A DNA stretch of 64,000 nucleotides from Lama guanicoe (lineage: Eukaryota), in the NCBI GenBank assembly GCA_013239625.1, contig MU056050.1, positions 6,649,838 through 6,713,837 of the forward strand. Direction: 5' to 3'. Positions 37,501 to 48,624 of the stretch are shown in pieces. The translations under genes and the position numbers were made by a program. Numbering within the stretch: the first letter of the stretch is position 1; every line of letters begins with the position of its first letter. Under the pieces are notes generated by a model. It had not been told where the DNA came from, made no database searches, and saw only the letters and a program-made list of their open reading frames with translations.

Positions 37501-37536
37501 CACAAAAAACAGCTGAAGAAAAACTCTATAGATTGA
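19532..37536 (+). CDS. UTP14A: UTP14A, U3 snoRNA-associated protein 14 homolog A (SSU processome); 15 coding exons, 2322 nt including stop, ~773 aa
   Basis: Manually spliced exons give a continuous ORF with UTP14 motifs ([65 protein letters not shown]). The introns identify the parental A gene rather than a retrogene. All introns are GT-AG except intron 1. Confidence 0.97.
20624..20699 (+). CDS. UTP14A: UTP14A exon 2 ([25 protein letters not shown])
   Basis: Acceptor tttagtag| (NAGNAG; alternative start 20621), donor GAG|gtgagt. Confidence 0.93.
21828..21898 (+). CDS. UTP14A: UTP14A exon 3 ([23 protein letters not shown])
   Basis: tttccag| ... AG|gtaaca; in frame. Confidence 0.96.
22010..22440. 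mobile_element. MIR fragments in intron 3
   Basis: MIR core motifs in both orientations. Confidence 0.6.
22639..22703 (+). CDS. UTP14A: UTP14A exon 4 ([21 protein letters not shown])
   Basis: tttcag| ... AAG|gtaagt; in frame. Confidence 0.96.
23075..23440 (-). mobile_element. MER2 (Tigger-family) DNA transposon in intron 4
   Basis: gtattaggtattataagtaatctagatatgatttaaagtataca; terminus ...ccaagggatgactgta. Confidence 0.8.
23680..24290. mobile_element. L2 fragment in intron 4
   Basis: L2 motifs (cattctagtgcagggagacaataagc; gatttacattttcaaaatatcgctctggctgctgtg). Confidence 0.65.
24511..24653 (+). CDS. UTP14A: UTP14A exon 5 ([15 protein letters not shown]...EEIER)
   Basis: ccgcag| ... CGG|gtgagt; in frame. 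Confidence 0.96.
24954..25109 (+). CDS. UTP14A: UTP14A exon 6 ([19 protein letters not shown]...SGWK)
   Basis: tttcag| ... AAG|gtgagt; inside ORF 24906..25202. Confidence 0.97.
25458..25580 (-). mobile_element. vic-1-type SINE, antisense, intron 6
   Basis: Reverse complement of the SINE head; TSD TAAAGC(A/C)ACATTCTG at 25443-25457 and 25583-25597. Confidence 0.82.
28106..28228 (+). mobile_element. vic-1-type SINE, intron 6
   Basis: A/B boxes, (TAAA)n tail, 20-bp TSD CACAATCACCAGGATTTTCT at 28086-28105 and 28229-28248. Confidence 0.88.
29752..29871 (+). CDS. UTP14A: UTP14A exon 7 ([15 protein letters not shown]...AMSLEE)
   Basis: cttaag| ... GAG|gtaagt. Confidence 0.96.
29970..30064 (+). 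CDS. UTP14A: UTP14A exon 8 ([31 protein letters not shown])
   Basis: ttgtag| ... AA|gtaagg; preceded by a 98-nt intron. Confidence 0.96.
30681..30804 (+). CDS. UTP14A: UTP14A exon 9 ([11 protein letters not shown]...KARMM)
   Basis: ctatag| ... ATG|gtgagg. Confidence 0.96.
30888..30965 (+). CDS. UTP14A: UTP14A exon 10 ([26 protein letters not shown])
   Basis: ttccag| ... GAG|gtaaga; preceded by an 83-nt intron. Confidence 0.97.
31446..31839 (+). CDS. UTP14A: UTP14A exon 11 ([18 protein letters not shown]...PETK)
   Basis: ctccag| ... AAG|gtgagc; ORF 31431..31874. Confidence 0.97.
33658..34064 (+). CDS. UTP14A: UTP14A exon 12 ([18 protein letters not shown]...TTIEEL)
   Basis: ccccag| ... TTG|gtgagc; no stops in frame. 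Confidence 0.96.
34716..34734 (+). promoter_or_regulatory. Putative CTCF binding site in intron 12
   Basis: TTCCCCCTAGGGGGCGCTA versus the consensus TGGCCACCAGGGGGCGCTA; the 3' core matches exactly. Confidence 0.6.
34822..35015 (+). CDS. UTP14A: UTP14A exon 13 ([21 protein letters not shown]...LPGWGEWGG...KKRR)
   Basis: tcccag| ... CG|gtaaga. Confidence 0.97.
35143..35242 (+). CDS. UTP14A: UTP14A exon 14 ([33 protein letters not shown])
   Basis: ttccag| ... CAG|gtgagg. Confidence 0.97.
37264..37536 (+). CDS. UTP14A: UTP14A exon 15, coding part ([11 protein letters not shown]...KKNSID*)
   Basis: ttccag| acceptor; TGA stop at 37534-37536. Confidence 0.97.
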   Translation: MQTLPYPFTHHQQFERTIQTPIGSTWNTQRAFQKLTTPKIVTKPGHIIKPIKAEDVGYRASSRSDLSVVQRNPKRLSIRHKKQLKKNSID

Positions 37537-37675
37537 GTTGCTGGAGTAGTGACACCTTGGTGCCTGGAACCAGGAGCCCCAACTGCTCCTCCATTGGCCT
37601 GGTTTTACTCCAAGCTGTAGGATCAGTTCCAAAAGTGGCTTAGCACACGTGGGTGTAGTTAAGCCACATTTTAGA

Positions 37676-37681
37676 AATAAA
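37676..37681 (+). terminator. UTP14A polyadenylation signal AATAAA
   Basis: 140 nt after the stop codon; followed by a U/GU-rich tract (ttgtattctgtgttgttt, ~37706-37723). Confidence 0.85.
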
Positions 37682-39099
37682 GGCATTTTTATCTATTTTA
37701 CTGGATTGTATTCTGTGTTGTTTCCCATTTCCTTCAAGTCAGAAGAAACACCTTTGGATGCTGCCCATTGCATTTCTCCAGTCACACTTGTCGGGGGACC
37801 TTATTTTCTTATGTAGTCCTAAATTAGAGTGGAGGGAAGTTACCCTAGCCTACAACTTTAAAATCCATCACCTCTGATATAACCATAAATACCAGTTTCA
37901 AGAGTCAGGGGTAATAACTAAATGTTGTATAGTCTTAACCTCTGAACCTAGCAACAGTCTGCATGAACCATGCAATTGGATTCTGCTCTGGGCGGGTCCT
38001 AGGATGGTGCAGAAGCTGGGTTCAGCTTTAAGTCTAGCCACTATGATTTTCTTTTCCTGTGTGAGCCTCTAGGCTTACCCAGGTTGCTGTCTAGAGTAGT
38101 TAGCACTTCCCATTCTTAAGACAGATTTTAACCTTACTTTACCGATGAGGTAGATGAGGTTTCAGAAGTAAAGATCTCTTCCCTTTACTTCCTAATGCAG
38201 ACCAACTCCTCACCATTGTTTAAAGCATAGTTTATTCAAACATTACTTTGCTATATGGCAGTTCACGTGGGCTTCTCAGCTCTGAGGAACAGCCTTTCTT
38301 TGGATGACAATATGTATGGAAAGGGCCCCTGCAGACAAGGTTCCTAACAAGGAATTGGAGAAGCATCTTCATTGATTCCAAAAGGACATAACCACTACTG
38401 TGCTTCACCTCCTGCCTTGGAGGTCAATTCTCCCAGTCCTTTTAGACCAAGAGGGGGTTAATTTTTGTGTTACAGAACCCTCTGATGGTCTGGTGAAGTT
38501 ATGAACCCTCCCCAGAAAAATGCACAAACACCTACACCATTATACATACAGTTTCAGGAGCTTTGCAGGCATTTGTGCCATAAGCTCTATCACTCCACGG
38601 ATTTGCTTTTGCAATTCTCCCCACCCATATGGCCCTCTTTTATGAGGCCACTACTCTCCCAATCAGTTCTCAAATGTTTAGACCTCAAAGTTAACTAGTC
38701 CCAATCCCTTTACTTTATAGGCTTAAGATTTCAGAGTGATTTATCCAGTGTTACACATTCAATGAGTGACTGAGTAGGCACTGGAACCCTAGATTAACTC
38801 CGAAGCTAAAAGCCACGCCATAACTGTCTATGAAATTCCCAGTAGTAGCTGTGGGCCCCTACTACCATTGCTCATCCTCTCAAGAACCAGCCCCGTGCTG
38901 GGATGGGAACTGAGTATATTAATAGTGTTCAGAGCTCAAGGTGTTTTTTTAAGTTATACATTGGCTTGAGATTATCCGCGATCCACTTGCAGGTTGACAC
39001 TAAGTCCGTAGCCAGTGAAGGGGAATGGGAGACCCCTGCCTATTTCTGCCTCCCTTTAAGAGACCTTAACCTTCTCTTTCACTCCTCTGAGCACAAAGC

Positions 39100-41060
39100 T
39101 GCCACCTCCGTCCCACCCCCACCCCCCAAATCGGAGCGCCCAATCAAGTGCCCCCAGTAAACGGCCAATCCCCGTCTACTTTCCCGGGACCCTCCTCAGC
39201 TCCGTGTGCTCCCCGCGGCCCAGGAGTGATGCAAGCGACCCCATCCTTCAAAGAGGAGGGTAGGCGCTGGAACGTGCTATAAACGACGCCCACTCCCAGC
39301 CTTCCAAGCCCCCAAACGGATTCGATTGTTGTTTCGTGGGGCTTTTTTTTTTCTTTTCTTCCTCCGAACCTCCGAAGTGTTCTCCCTTCCCATTGGCCGG
39401 AGCTGCCCCTTGACGCCACCCTGGCCTTGTTCACTGATTGGTCCATTCTGGATGTGCCCAAGCCTTGCCTTNNNNNNNNNNNNNNNNNNNNNNNNNNNNN
39501 NNNNNNNNNNNNNNNNNNNNNNNNNNNNNNNNNNNNNNNNNNNNNNNNNNNNNNNNNNNNNNNNNNNNNNNNNNNNNNNNNNNNNNNNNNNNNNNNNNNN
39601 NNNNNNNNNNNNNNNNNNNNNNNNNNNNNNNNNNNNNNNNNNNNNNNNNNNNNNNNNNNNNNNNNNNNNNNNNNNNNNNNNNNNNNNNNNNNNNNNNNNN
39701 NNNNNNNNNNNNNNNNNNNNNNNNNNNNNNNNNNNNNNNNNNNNNNNNNNNNNNNNNNNNNNNNNNNNNNNNNNNNNNNNNNNNNNNNNNNNNNNNNNNN
39801 NNNNNNNNNNNNNNNNNNNNNNNNNNNNNNNNNNNNNNNNNNNNNNNNNNNNNNNNNNNNNNNNNNNNNNNNNNNNNNNNNNNNNNNNNNNNNNNNNNNN
39901 NNNNNNNNNNNNNNNNNNNNNNNNNNNNNNNNNNNNNNNNNNNNNNNNNNNNNNNNNNNNNNNNNNNNNNNNNNNNNNNNNNNNNNNNNNNNNNNNNNNN
40001 NNNNNNNNNNNNNNNNNNNNNNNNNNNNNNNNNNNNNNNNNNNNNNNNNNNNNNNNNNNNNNNNCTCCCGCCCTCGCTCCCCGCGAGCACGCTCTTATCT
40101 TCCCCAGGTCCCGGCGCCCCGCCCCTGGCCGCGCCCCGCAGATCCCCTCCCTCCCGCGGTCCCGTCTCCGCCCTCGGCGCTCCGCCCTCCCCCCCGCGGC
40201 TCCGGGCCCGCGGGCCGGCCGACCTCCAGGGTTCCCGGCTCGCTCCTCCCGCCGCCGCCGCGGCTCCCCTACCCACCCTTCCCGGGCCAGCGGCTCGCGC
40301 TCCCGCGCACTCCCCCCCCACCGCGCGCGCGCGCATACACACATATACACGCACACACACACAAACGCGCGCACTCCCTCCGCCGCGCCTCGCCCGCTCG
40401 CCAGCCCAGGCCCCGCGGCGGCCCGGCCTCGCGCGGCGTGCAGCCCGCCCTCGGGGGAGCCTCGGCGCCCCGCGGCCAGGGGCACCTCGCGGGCAGGCGC
40501 ACCGCCCCGGAGCACGAATCCGGGCTGGGTCGCCCCCACCTAGCTGGGCCCTCTGCAGCCGCCCGGGACGCAAGCGCCCGTCGGAAGTGTTTGGGGGACA
40601 GTTCGGCCGCGGCGCCTCCCGCCACCCGGGCCTGGCCGGCGCGCCCTGGGGACACGCTGCGACCCAACCACCCGGGATGACTTTACCCAGAGCCGCCTCC
40701 CGGCTCCCACCCCAAACCTGTGCCACCAACGCGCAGAGCACAGCTGGGACTCGCGTATAGCGGGACGGGGGTGGGAGGCTGTGCCGAAAATACACTGAAG
40801 GACCTTAGCTGCGGACCGTGAGGCCCGAAGAGGCCAGGGCCAGTGACACGCCTCGGCCACCCAAGAAGAAAGGGCGCCCACGCCAATCGCCTCGGACCCC
40901 GCCTCCCAGTCCCAGGCTGCCCACCTCGAGGCGTAAAGCGATGTTGCTTCTGGCCCTTTGTAGCCACGCCACGCGCGTGGAGGACTGGAATTAAAACCTC
41001 AATCCAGGGTGGGGGGCGCGGCTCACGTGAACAGAAAACCCAGCCACTTGCCATTGGGCA
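39100..41060. promoter_or_regulatory. CpG island / promoter-like region just downstream of UTP14A
   Basis: Very high GC/CpG; CCAAT boxes near 39140, 39165, 39392, 39438 and 40884; GC boxes; E-box TCACGTGA 41023-41030. Confidence 0.8.
39472..40064. other. Assembly gap (593 N) inside the CpG island
   Basis: Run of N. Confidence 1.
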
Positions 41061-42679
41061 CTTTTTTAAAAAGTCTGTTCGGTGATGCCCAAGTTGACCG
41101 TGTTTCCTCTCCTGAACCTCTTCTCCCAAACCCTCAATCAGTCTTACCTATTTACTCACCAGACTGGAAGCTCTTTGAAGGGGGCCCAGTTTGTGGCTCC
41201 CTCAATGGGTCCCTTGTGATTGGCGGACAAGTGGATGTATTTGTTAACTGCCCGCCTTTGGGATCTGTGTCATTATTGTGTGACTTAAGGTTGTAAACTC
41301 CGTAGGGCCAAGACTGGGTCGAGATTACTAGCTCGTGCCAGGCACAGCATGATGCCCAAAGGGATGGGTCATCAATGTTTTTTTCAGACTGATGTAGCTA
41401 ATTATCCAAGAGGACGATGCCTACCTCCTCCTGGTCCCCAGATCTAGTTCCAGAGCTGGATGTCCTGAGTAAGGAAGAAAATAAGGAGCTGCCTTAATTC
41501 ATTCCTAGTCCCAGGCTGACTTCCTCGGGCCAGATCCAGCCAGATCTGGCTGCACTCATCATCAGAACACACTGGTGTGACTTTACAGTGCTGGGAATGG
41601 GTTTGCAGGGAGCCATAAACTCCCCCACTTTAACTCCCATCAGTTTGCAACTGGAGCTGAAAGAAGGACGTAGCCAGGTTTTTTTTTTTCTCAGTGTGAA
41701 GCAAGTTGTCCCATATAAGGATCAAACCTATAGCTCTTCATTCATTTACCCCAAGGTCAAGCTGAACCCTACTATGTCAGAGTAAGGAGGCTACAAACAA
41801 ACTGGACCTGATCAACAGCAGTTAACCCCAGGGGAAGAGGGACTGTGGAAGCACTCCTTCCTCCCATTTATGGATGCAACATTCACTCTGTACTTTGCAG
41901 CGGCTCATTTGTAACTGGTCACTTTAGAGTCAGTCCAGCTCTATACCCACCTCACACCCCCGCCCCCAGTCTGACAGGTCCTCTCTGTCCTTCCTTAGTC
42001 TTTACCCAAGCCAGCCTGCTCTAAATGGACACGGTCAGTGATCTAAGCAGAAACTGAAACAGTAACAATTGGACAGTGTCAAGAGACCCGGGCAGAGATG
42101 CCTCGGAGTGCCCGGCCTCCTCCTCTGCCTTGGCACAGATGTTCTTATTGTCCTGGAAAGAAATACGAAATTCCCTCCCCAAACGTGGAGGAGGGATGCA
42201 CCAGGGCTTAGCCCCCAAGGACAGAGTTGCTAGCCCAGCCCAGTCTCGCTGCCCCCTGATTATTCAGAATGGGGCAGTAACCATCCCTCTTCCCGATCTA
42301 GCCAAGGCTGGCCCCCAGGGCCATTTGTCCCCCTCACCAAGGAGATTAAGGGGAGTGGGGCTGGAGCTGCATGAGGAGATTACTTAACTGTTCCGAAGTT
42401 CTCTTTAGGGACCGTTAGCACATCAAAATACATATTTGGAAAATACTCACAATTAACACTGGGAGAAAAACAGTAAACACAGTGTCACTTTGCCAGGCTC
42501 AACAGTTTTGTTTTGTTTTGTTTTGTTTAAATGCTAATGGCCTCAAATGGGGAGCAGCATCCATCAGTTAAATAAACAAGCCATTAGACTGAGACTAGAC
42601 GTGTCAACACATGACTAATCTACTAATTGGGAGAAGGCATCGCTAGTGAGGATCAAGGCAGCAGAGCCTGCTGGAGACT

Positions 42680-42940
42680 GGGGTGGACTGCTGAAGCACA
42701 AAGGATGTGGATTTGGGAGCCAGTGAGACCTGAGTTGGAATCCTGTCTCTACCAGTTGTTAGCTGTGTGGGTCGAGTTCTTTCACTTCTCTGAGCCTCTG
42801 TTGTCCATTCTGTAAAATGGGGGCCAGCACAGTACCTATATCACAGGGCTGTTGTAGGGATGAACTGAGATAATACAAATCAACTTCTTGGTACTGAACC
42901 TGACACACCGTAAGTGTTCCATGCCTATTAGCTACTGTTG
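42680..42940. mobile_element. MIR
   Basis: cttctctgagcctctgttgtccattctgtaaaatggg core. Confidence 0.7.
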
Positions 42941-44607
42941 ATGATAATAAGGTACTTAGCGCATGGTATCTACTCCAAAAATGGCAGTGATGAAGATGAA
43001 GAAGAAATGACTTATGGTTGCTAGATATTAGCCATAAAAAGTTAACATGGACCCCTGGTGTCCCCAGAATCTCCCAAATACAACTGGCAAAGTGATGCTT
43101 TTGGTTGGTTAATTCCAACTTCTTAAGGCCATCCCTTTAACCTGGGATTAGCTCCAGCCCTTAAGAATCACTGTCCTGTCCCAGGGTTGCTGGATTCTAG
43201 GACCTTCTGTCCTAGCACCTGCCTAAGAAGCTTGAGTTAATCTGGCTCTCCCAGGTGGCAGTGGCCTGGGCATCCTTCCCCAGTCAACCAGACCCATTCT
43301 GTAGAGAGTATGCTGGGCCCTTCTTGGTTGCCTTCTTCCTGTTTTGTGTGAAGACAGGTGGGGACCACAGTACTGAGAGGGGCCGGAGTGAGAAGCCAGC
43401 TCCACTGATACCCCCTCTCCCTTCGTCCCTTCCTGTTCCAGGAGAATCTTGCTCTCAATCTGAAAGGCTTAGAGGATTCTCTCTGCATAGGTAAGGACTT
43501 AAGCTAATAGTGGCTCAATATGCTGCCCCCTCTCTAGGTTTTGCAGTTACATAGAAGCCCCTTTAACTTGAAAAAAAGATCCTCAATGTGCCTAGAAGAG
43601 CATGCAAGCAGATAGCAGGGGCTTTCTGGGCCTTCAACAGGCCAAGTTGGCATGGGAAGGAGACAACTTTTACCCCTCATAGTCCGTGACACTCTGTTTT
43701 ACCTCCTTGTAAATTTTGCCTTGAACTCTGGGCCCTGGGCAAACCCACTCAACCCTACCTGGCACTCTCCTCTCCAGTTCTACACCTGGAGTACCCCTCA
43801 CACCTGAATAAGCAGGTTAGTCCTCAAGCTCCATGCTCCTTCACCCACATCTCCCAGCTGAGCCCTGAAATAGGCCCCCTCCTGGCTCTGCACTTAACTA
43901 ACCAAGAGCAGATTAACCTGAACAGTTAAGCCCTCTCCACAACTGTTTACTGAGGGCTAAGGGGTTAATGTGTTCTCCCTCCTGCCACCCAACAGGACTG
44001 CAATTCTCCAAGCACACTGGTCATGTCCAGAGTCTGTATGGCTGACACCTCTTCTCTGAGCCTGGACCACTGAAACCAACCCCCCCACCCTGTTGTCTGC
44101 AAATCAAATTCTCTTTTCCAAAGGACCAGCTGAACTGTACCTGCCTCCAGGAAGCTTCCCACAGTGTCTCAGGTGAAGTCATCTTCCCTCCGACTTGGGT
44201 TTACAGCACTTAGTAATCCCTTTTTGAGGGCCTCCATGCACATTCTGCCTGGCATAAAAATTAGTTGCTGGCTTGCTGCTCTCCTATGGGACAGACGTAA
44301 CCTTCTTGTGGACAAGGAGTGCTTCCACTTCATTTTATACTTTGGGTTTTGAACATACACAAAGGAGTGCATTGTACAGTGAACTCCCATCACCTAGATT
44401 CCACAACTATCAAGATTTTGCCACATTTGTTTCTATTTCATGTTTGTATCCCCCAGCTCACACAAACAGTGCCTAGCACTGCCTTGAACAGCTCTTTCAA
44501 CAAAAGAGCTAGGGCTTGGCGGGAAATGGTGGGAATTTAGGCTTGCAGAGTGGGCTCCTGGGGGTGACGTGGGCTGGGGGAGTGGGTAACTAATATAAAA
44601 AGTTGTC

Positions 44608-44722
44608 TATATGAAAGCGAATATATGTATGTATATGTATGAGTCAAACATTATGCTGTACACCAGAAATTGACACAACATTGTAAACTGACTATACTTC
44701 AGTTTTAAAACAATGCAAAAAA
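44608..44722 (+). mobile_element. Very short lineage-specific L1 tail
   Basis: Same 3' end as 4662-4844; poly-A; TSD AAAAAGTTGTC. Confidence 0.85.
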
Positions 44723-44739
44723 AAAAAGTTGTCCATGCT

Positions 44740-44935
44740 TGAGTAGCTATTATGAGCCAGGCGCTTTATAGGTGATCTCATTTCACTCTCACCTTATGGG
44801 GTAGGTACTGGTATCTTGATTTTACAGATGAAGAAGTGAGACTCCAAGAGGTGAAAGGACTTACCTAGGCCCCCCAGACGGACAATGGCAGAGTTGGGAC
44901 TTGAATCCAAGTCCTGTGCCTTTCTCACTATGCCA
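44740..44935. mobile_element. MIR
   Basis: attttacagatgaagaagtgagactcc core. Confidence 0.7.
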
Positions 44936-46140
44936 TGCAGCCTGTCTCAAAGAGTGCCCAGCAGGCTGCTGCCTGCTATGCTTCAGTTTTACACAGTACA
45001 AGACATGCTTTGTGTGTGTCCTTGCAGAATAGCATGCACGTAAACAGGCATACACACCCACCCAGCACCCCGCATGTTCACAGTAGGATTGTAAAGTAGT
45101 TACACTGATTTTTGTCTGTAAGATCAGTATCTTCATCTTATAAATCACCCCTTAGTCCTGCAAGCATAGAAACCAGAGGGGGTGCCAGGGGGCAGAGGGC
45201 TGAACTGTGTATATGTGCGTGCCTTTGTGTGTGTGTGTGTAATTAGGGGGGCCTACCCTACTATCTCAGGGCCACAGTGTTCTCAAAAGGGAAACAAAGT
45301 CTCTTCCCTGGATCCCACCAGTACAGAACATTCTCTTCAGATTTCCATAATGACCTTGCACCTTCCTCTAAGGTCCTAATGCCTCCCTCAGTAAACCTTG
45401 TTCTTTGCAGCCTTTGTTCTTTTGCACCACCCTCCACCCAACAGGGATTCAGATTCATAGTGTTCCTCTAGCCTGAGATACCCTCCCCACCACTCCCCAT
45501 ACCTAAATTCTCCAAGTCAAGGTTCAGGACTCACCTCCTCCCAGAAGCCTTCCTTGATTCTGCCCACCTCTCAACTTTCTCTTCCAGTCTGATTTTTTCT
45601 TTTAACCTGAATTTTGATGATCTGTTCTCTTGCCTTGTTCTCTAACCGTTCCTTATAAGCTAGTTCCTTGCCCACACTGTAAGTCTGTTGAGCTCACAGT
45701 TTTGGCTACAGAGAAATAAAGAAAAGTCTTTCAAGAAAGACATGTAGTCAGCTTCCTTTTTCTTCCCATGGTCCTCTTGCTTCTTCCATGCTGTCACTTG
45801 GGTTTCTAGCTTTGCTGCCACTGGCATATTTTCTACAAAGATCAAGAGGTAAAAAGGAGATTCACATATTTACCTTGATCTCTTTTTACTTTTTCATTCT
45901 TGTCTTTCATTTGCTCAGGTGGGCAGAGGGCTAACTGGGGTCTGAAAAGCCTTAAATCACAGAAAATTCATCTTGAAGCTACTCTCTAGCTTTGAGGGTC
46001 ATTTTTTTCCCCTAAGCATTTGTGGGAGAGGAAACAAAATCTATTGGGCGTGTTAATACCTGCAACACTACGTCCCATTTCCCTCCCCTTTATCTACTTC
46101 ACCTCTGCCTCTCCTCCTCCCTCTCCCCCCAAACCGCCCC

Positions 46141-46141
<1 letters not shown>

Positions 46142-46173
<32 letters not shown>
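46142..46173. repeat. (AC)n microsatellite
   Basis: About 16 AC units. Confidence 0.95.
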
Positions 46174-46180
<7 letters not shown>

Positions 46181-47898
46181 AGCTAGAAAGAGACAGCTCA
46201 TTTTCCGGATTTCAGGAGCTCCGAGTGGGGAAGTGCTAGAAAACAACGTTCCAGAGACTCAGAGGTGGAGCCATCTCATGCCACCAAAGGAATTCTTTCC
46301 ATTTGGCAAAATGCTGGACATTGAGGGGTCGCCTTAATCTTTGAGCAGTGATGTTGGGATAGGTTTCCTCTGCCAGTCCAGGGAGGATGGAGAGGCAAGG
46401 GTTGAGCCCCCTTCCTTCCTCCCAGCACCACCCCTGGAAATTTAAGTTGAGGGAGGCGGGGAGAAGTGTCCTAGCCCTTAAAAAGTCCTAAGCTAAATGT
46501 CCAGCCTTCCAGTGCCTGTCAGTAAAGACACCAAATGGATAACGACTCTCTTAGGATGACAGGTGCCTCTCTCCCAGCTGAGCTTGAAACTAGAGATGCT
46601 TCAACAATGTTGTACCCCATTCTGTCTTATGCATGCTCCCGTATCCCCCCAGGAGGCGGGGCCAGGGAGTTTATCGCGGCCCCATTGTACAGATAGGGGG
46701 AACTGAGACCCGAGGAAACATGACCAGTCCAATCATCTCACAGGAAGAGAAATTCCTTTTCAGCTTTGGGGACCTCCTTATCCCCGCGGGGAGTGTCAGT
46801 CCCCTCCGCTGGGGTTCCCAGCACGGAGGAGTTCTGACAGCTTCCGGGAATGAAGGTGAAGAGAGGATGGTCCGTTCCTTCCTGCCACTCCAATTCCTTT
46901 AAGCAGGCATCGCGGGTCGCATCTTTTCCCTGGATCTCGTCTGGCGCTCCTCAGCAGCTCTCAACCAGCCCCGCCCCTGCGCCCCGCCCCTGTTTCCCAA
47001 AGACCTTTCAAGAACCGCCCTTCGCTGGGCCACTCCCTTCCCTCAGCCAACTCTAACTCTGGGACCCAGGGAAAGGCCTCTGGGCCTGGCCCTTTTGAGC
47101 AAGAAGGCTGAGGGCCCCAAATAGCCACACGGACTGGCGAGAGAGATGTTCTCAAGAGAAGCCAGACCCTCCGCAAGTTAGAACGCTGGTTCTGACTATC
47201 CTCCGTCCGAGCCCTGGACTTGCCCTTGTCTTTCTAGTTAAAAGATACCTGCCAGCCTGCCTGTAAGAAAACGCTGCCCTTGACCCTCCCGGGGAGGAGG
47301 TTGCATCGATGCACGTTCTGCCCCTGTCCCCCTTTCCACCACACAGATTTGTAGGATTGGGGGGTGGGGTGGAGAAAAGTCTCCTTGTGCAACACACATC
47401 CAAATTCAACCTCCAGCCAGGGTTGGGGAAATTGGTCTGTATGTGGAGTCAAGGGGTCCACTGAGGCCCGGACTAATGCAGGAGTGTTCAGTCTGCAGCC
47501 AGTGTCAGGGCAGGTGTTTCATCTTTGGGGCCTCCAATTAAGAATGTCTAGTTATGCTCCCTGGGAGGAACTGGGTTTCACTGAGGTCCCTTCTTCCAAG
47601 AGGCAGTGAAAGGTCCCTAGACTTGGCCTCAGGGAGGCTTGACTTCTGGTCTTGGCTCACACACTCATTTTCTGTGTGGCTGGCCTTAAGCAAGTCACTT
47701 CTCTTCTTTGATCCTGGGTTTCTTCATCTAAAAAATGGGATCTGTCTTAGTCTCTAAGGTTCCATCTAGTTTTGAGAATGTACTACTTTGGGTCTGTGAG
47801 AATATTTAAAAAAAAAAGTCTGTCCTATTGATCTTGTAGGGTTAAAAAGAAGACAATGTAAAGGAAAAGAACCCCAAAAAAGAAAAATACCAAAGAAA

Positions 47899-48037
47899 AA
47901 TGAAATACGATTTTCCTTCCATTAAAAATATTATAAAAGTGGCACATGCTCATTGTAAAAATTTTAAAAATACAAGAAACTGTAAAAGTCATAAAAAAAT
48001 TTGTAATCCTACCACATAGTTTACCATCATTAACATT
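47899..48037 (+). repeat. 139-bp direct repeat, copy A (copy B at 49347-49484)
   Basis: 5 substitutions and 1 indel between copies by manual alignment. Confidence 0.95.
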
Positions 48038-48624
48038 CCAGTCTTTTATTTGTATTTTACTATATATTTTCAATAAAATGGAATCATGCTATATATAACT
48101 GGTTTGTAACCTGCATTTTTCATATAAAATGTATATTGCATTTTTCTAAGTCATTAAATATTCTTTGAAAATGAAAACATGATTTTTAAAGACTTCATTG
48201 TATTCCATTCATTTAATGTGCCATAACTGATTTATCCAATCTTTTGTTGGGTATTTAGATTATTTAGCCTTTTTTCATCATTATAAATATAATTTCTTAT
48301 GAACATCATTTGTGAACATGTGATTTTACGAACAAATGGATCAACAGGTATGCATATTAAAATTTTATGATGGAAACTTTCAAACATATACAAGAGTAAA
48401 ATAGTTTATCAACCCTTCGTGTACCCATCTCCTAGTTTCAATAATTATCAACTGATGGCCAATCTTTTTTCATCTACACCCCCACCTTTCCTGCCAATGG
48501 ATTATTTTGAAGCAAATCCTGTACATCATGTAATTTTAGTATGCGTATTTTTAATATTCTGACACACAGAACCAAACTAACTTATTAAAAGATTTAACTA
48601 GTTTACACTCCCACCAGAGTGTTC

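Noticed and set aside
39277..40795. Five ORFs of 405-454 aa in the ORF track
   Set aside because: Artefacts of reading through 593 Ns plus stop-poor GC-rich island sequence; low-complexity P/R/G/A translations.
43245..43263. CTCF-like CTCCCAGGTGGCAGT
   Set aside because: Mismatch in the conserved 5' CC of the core; much weaker than the site at 34716.
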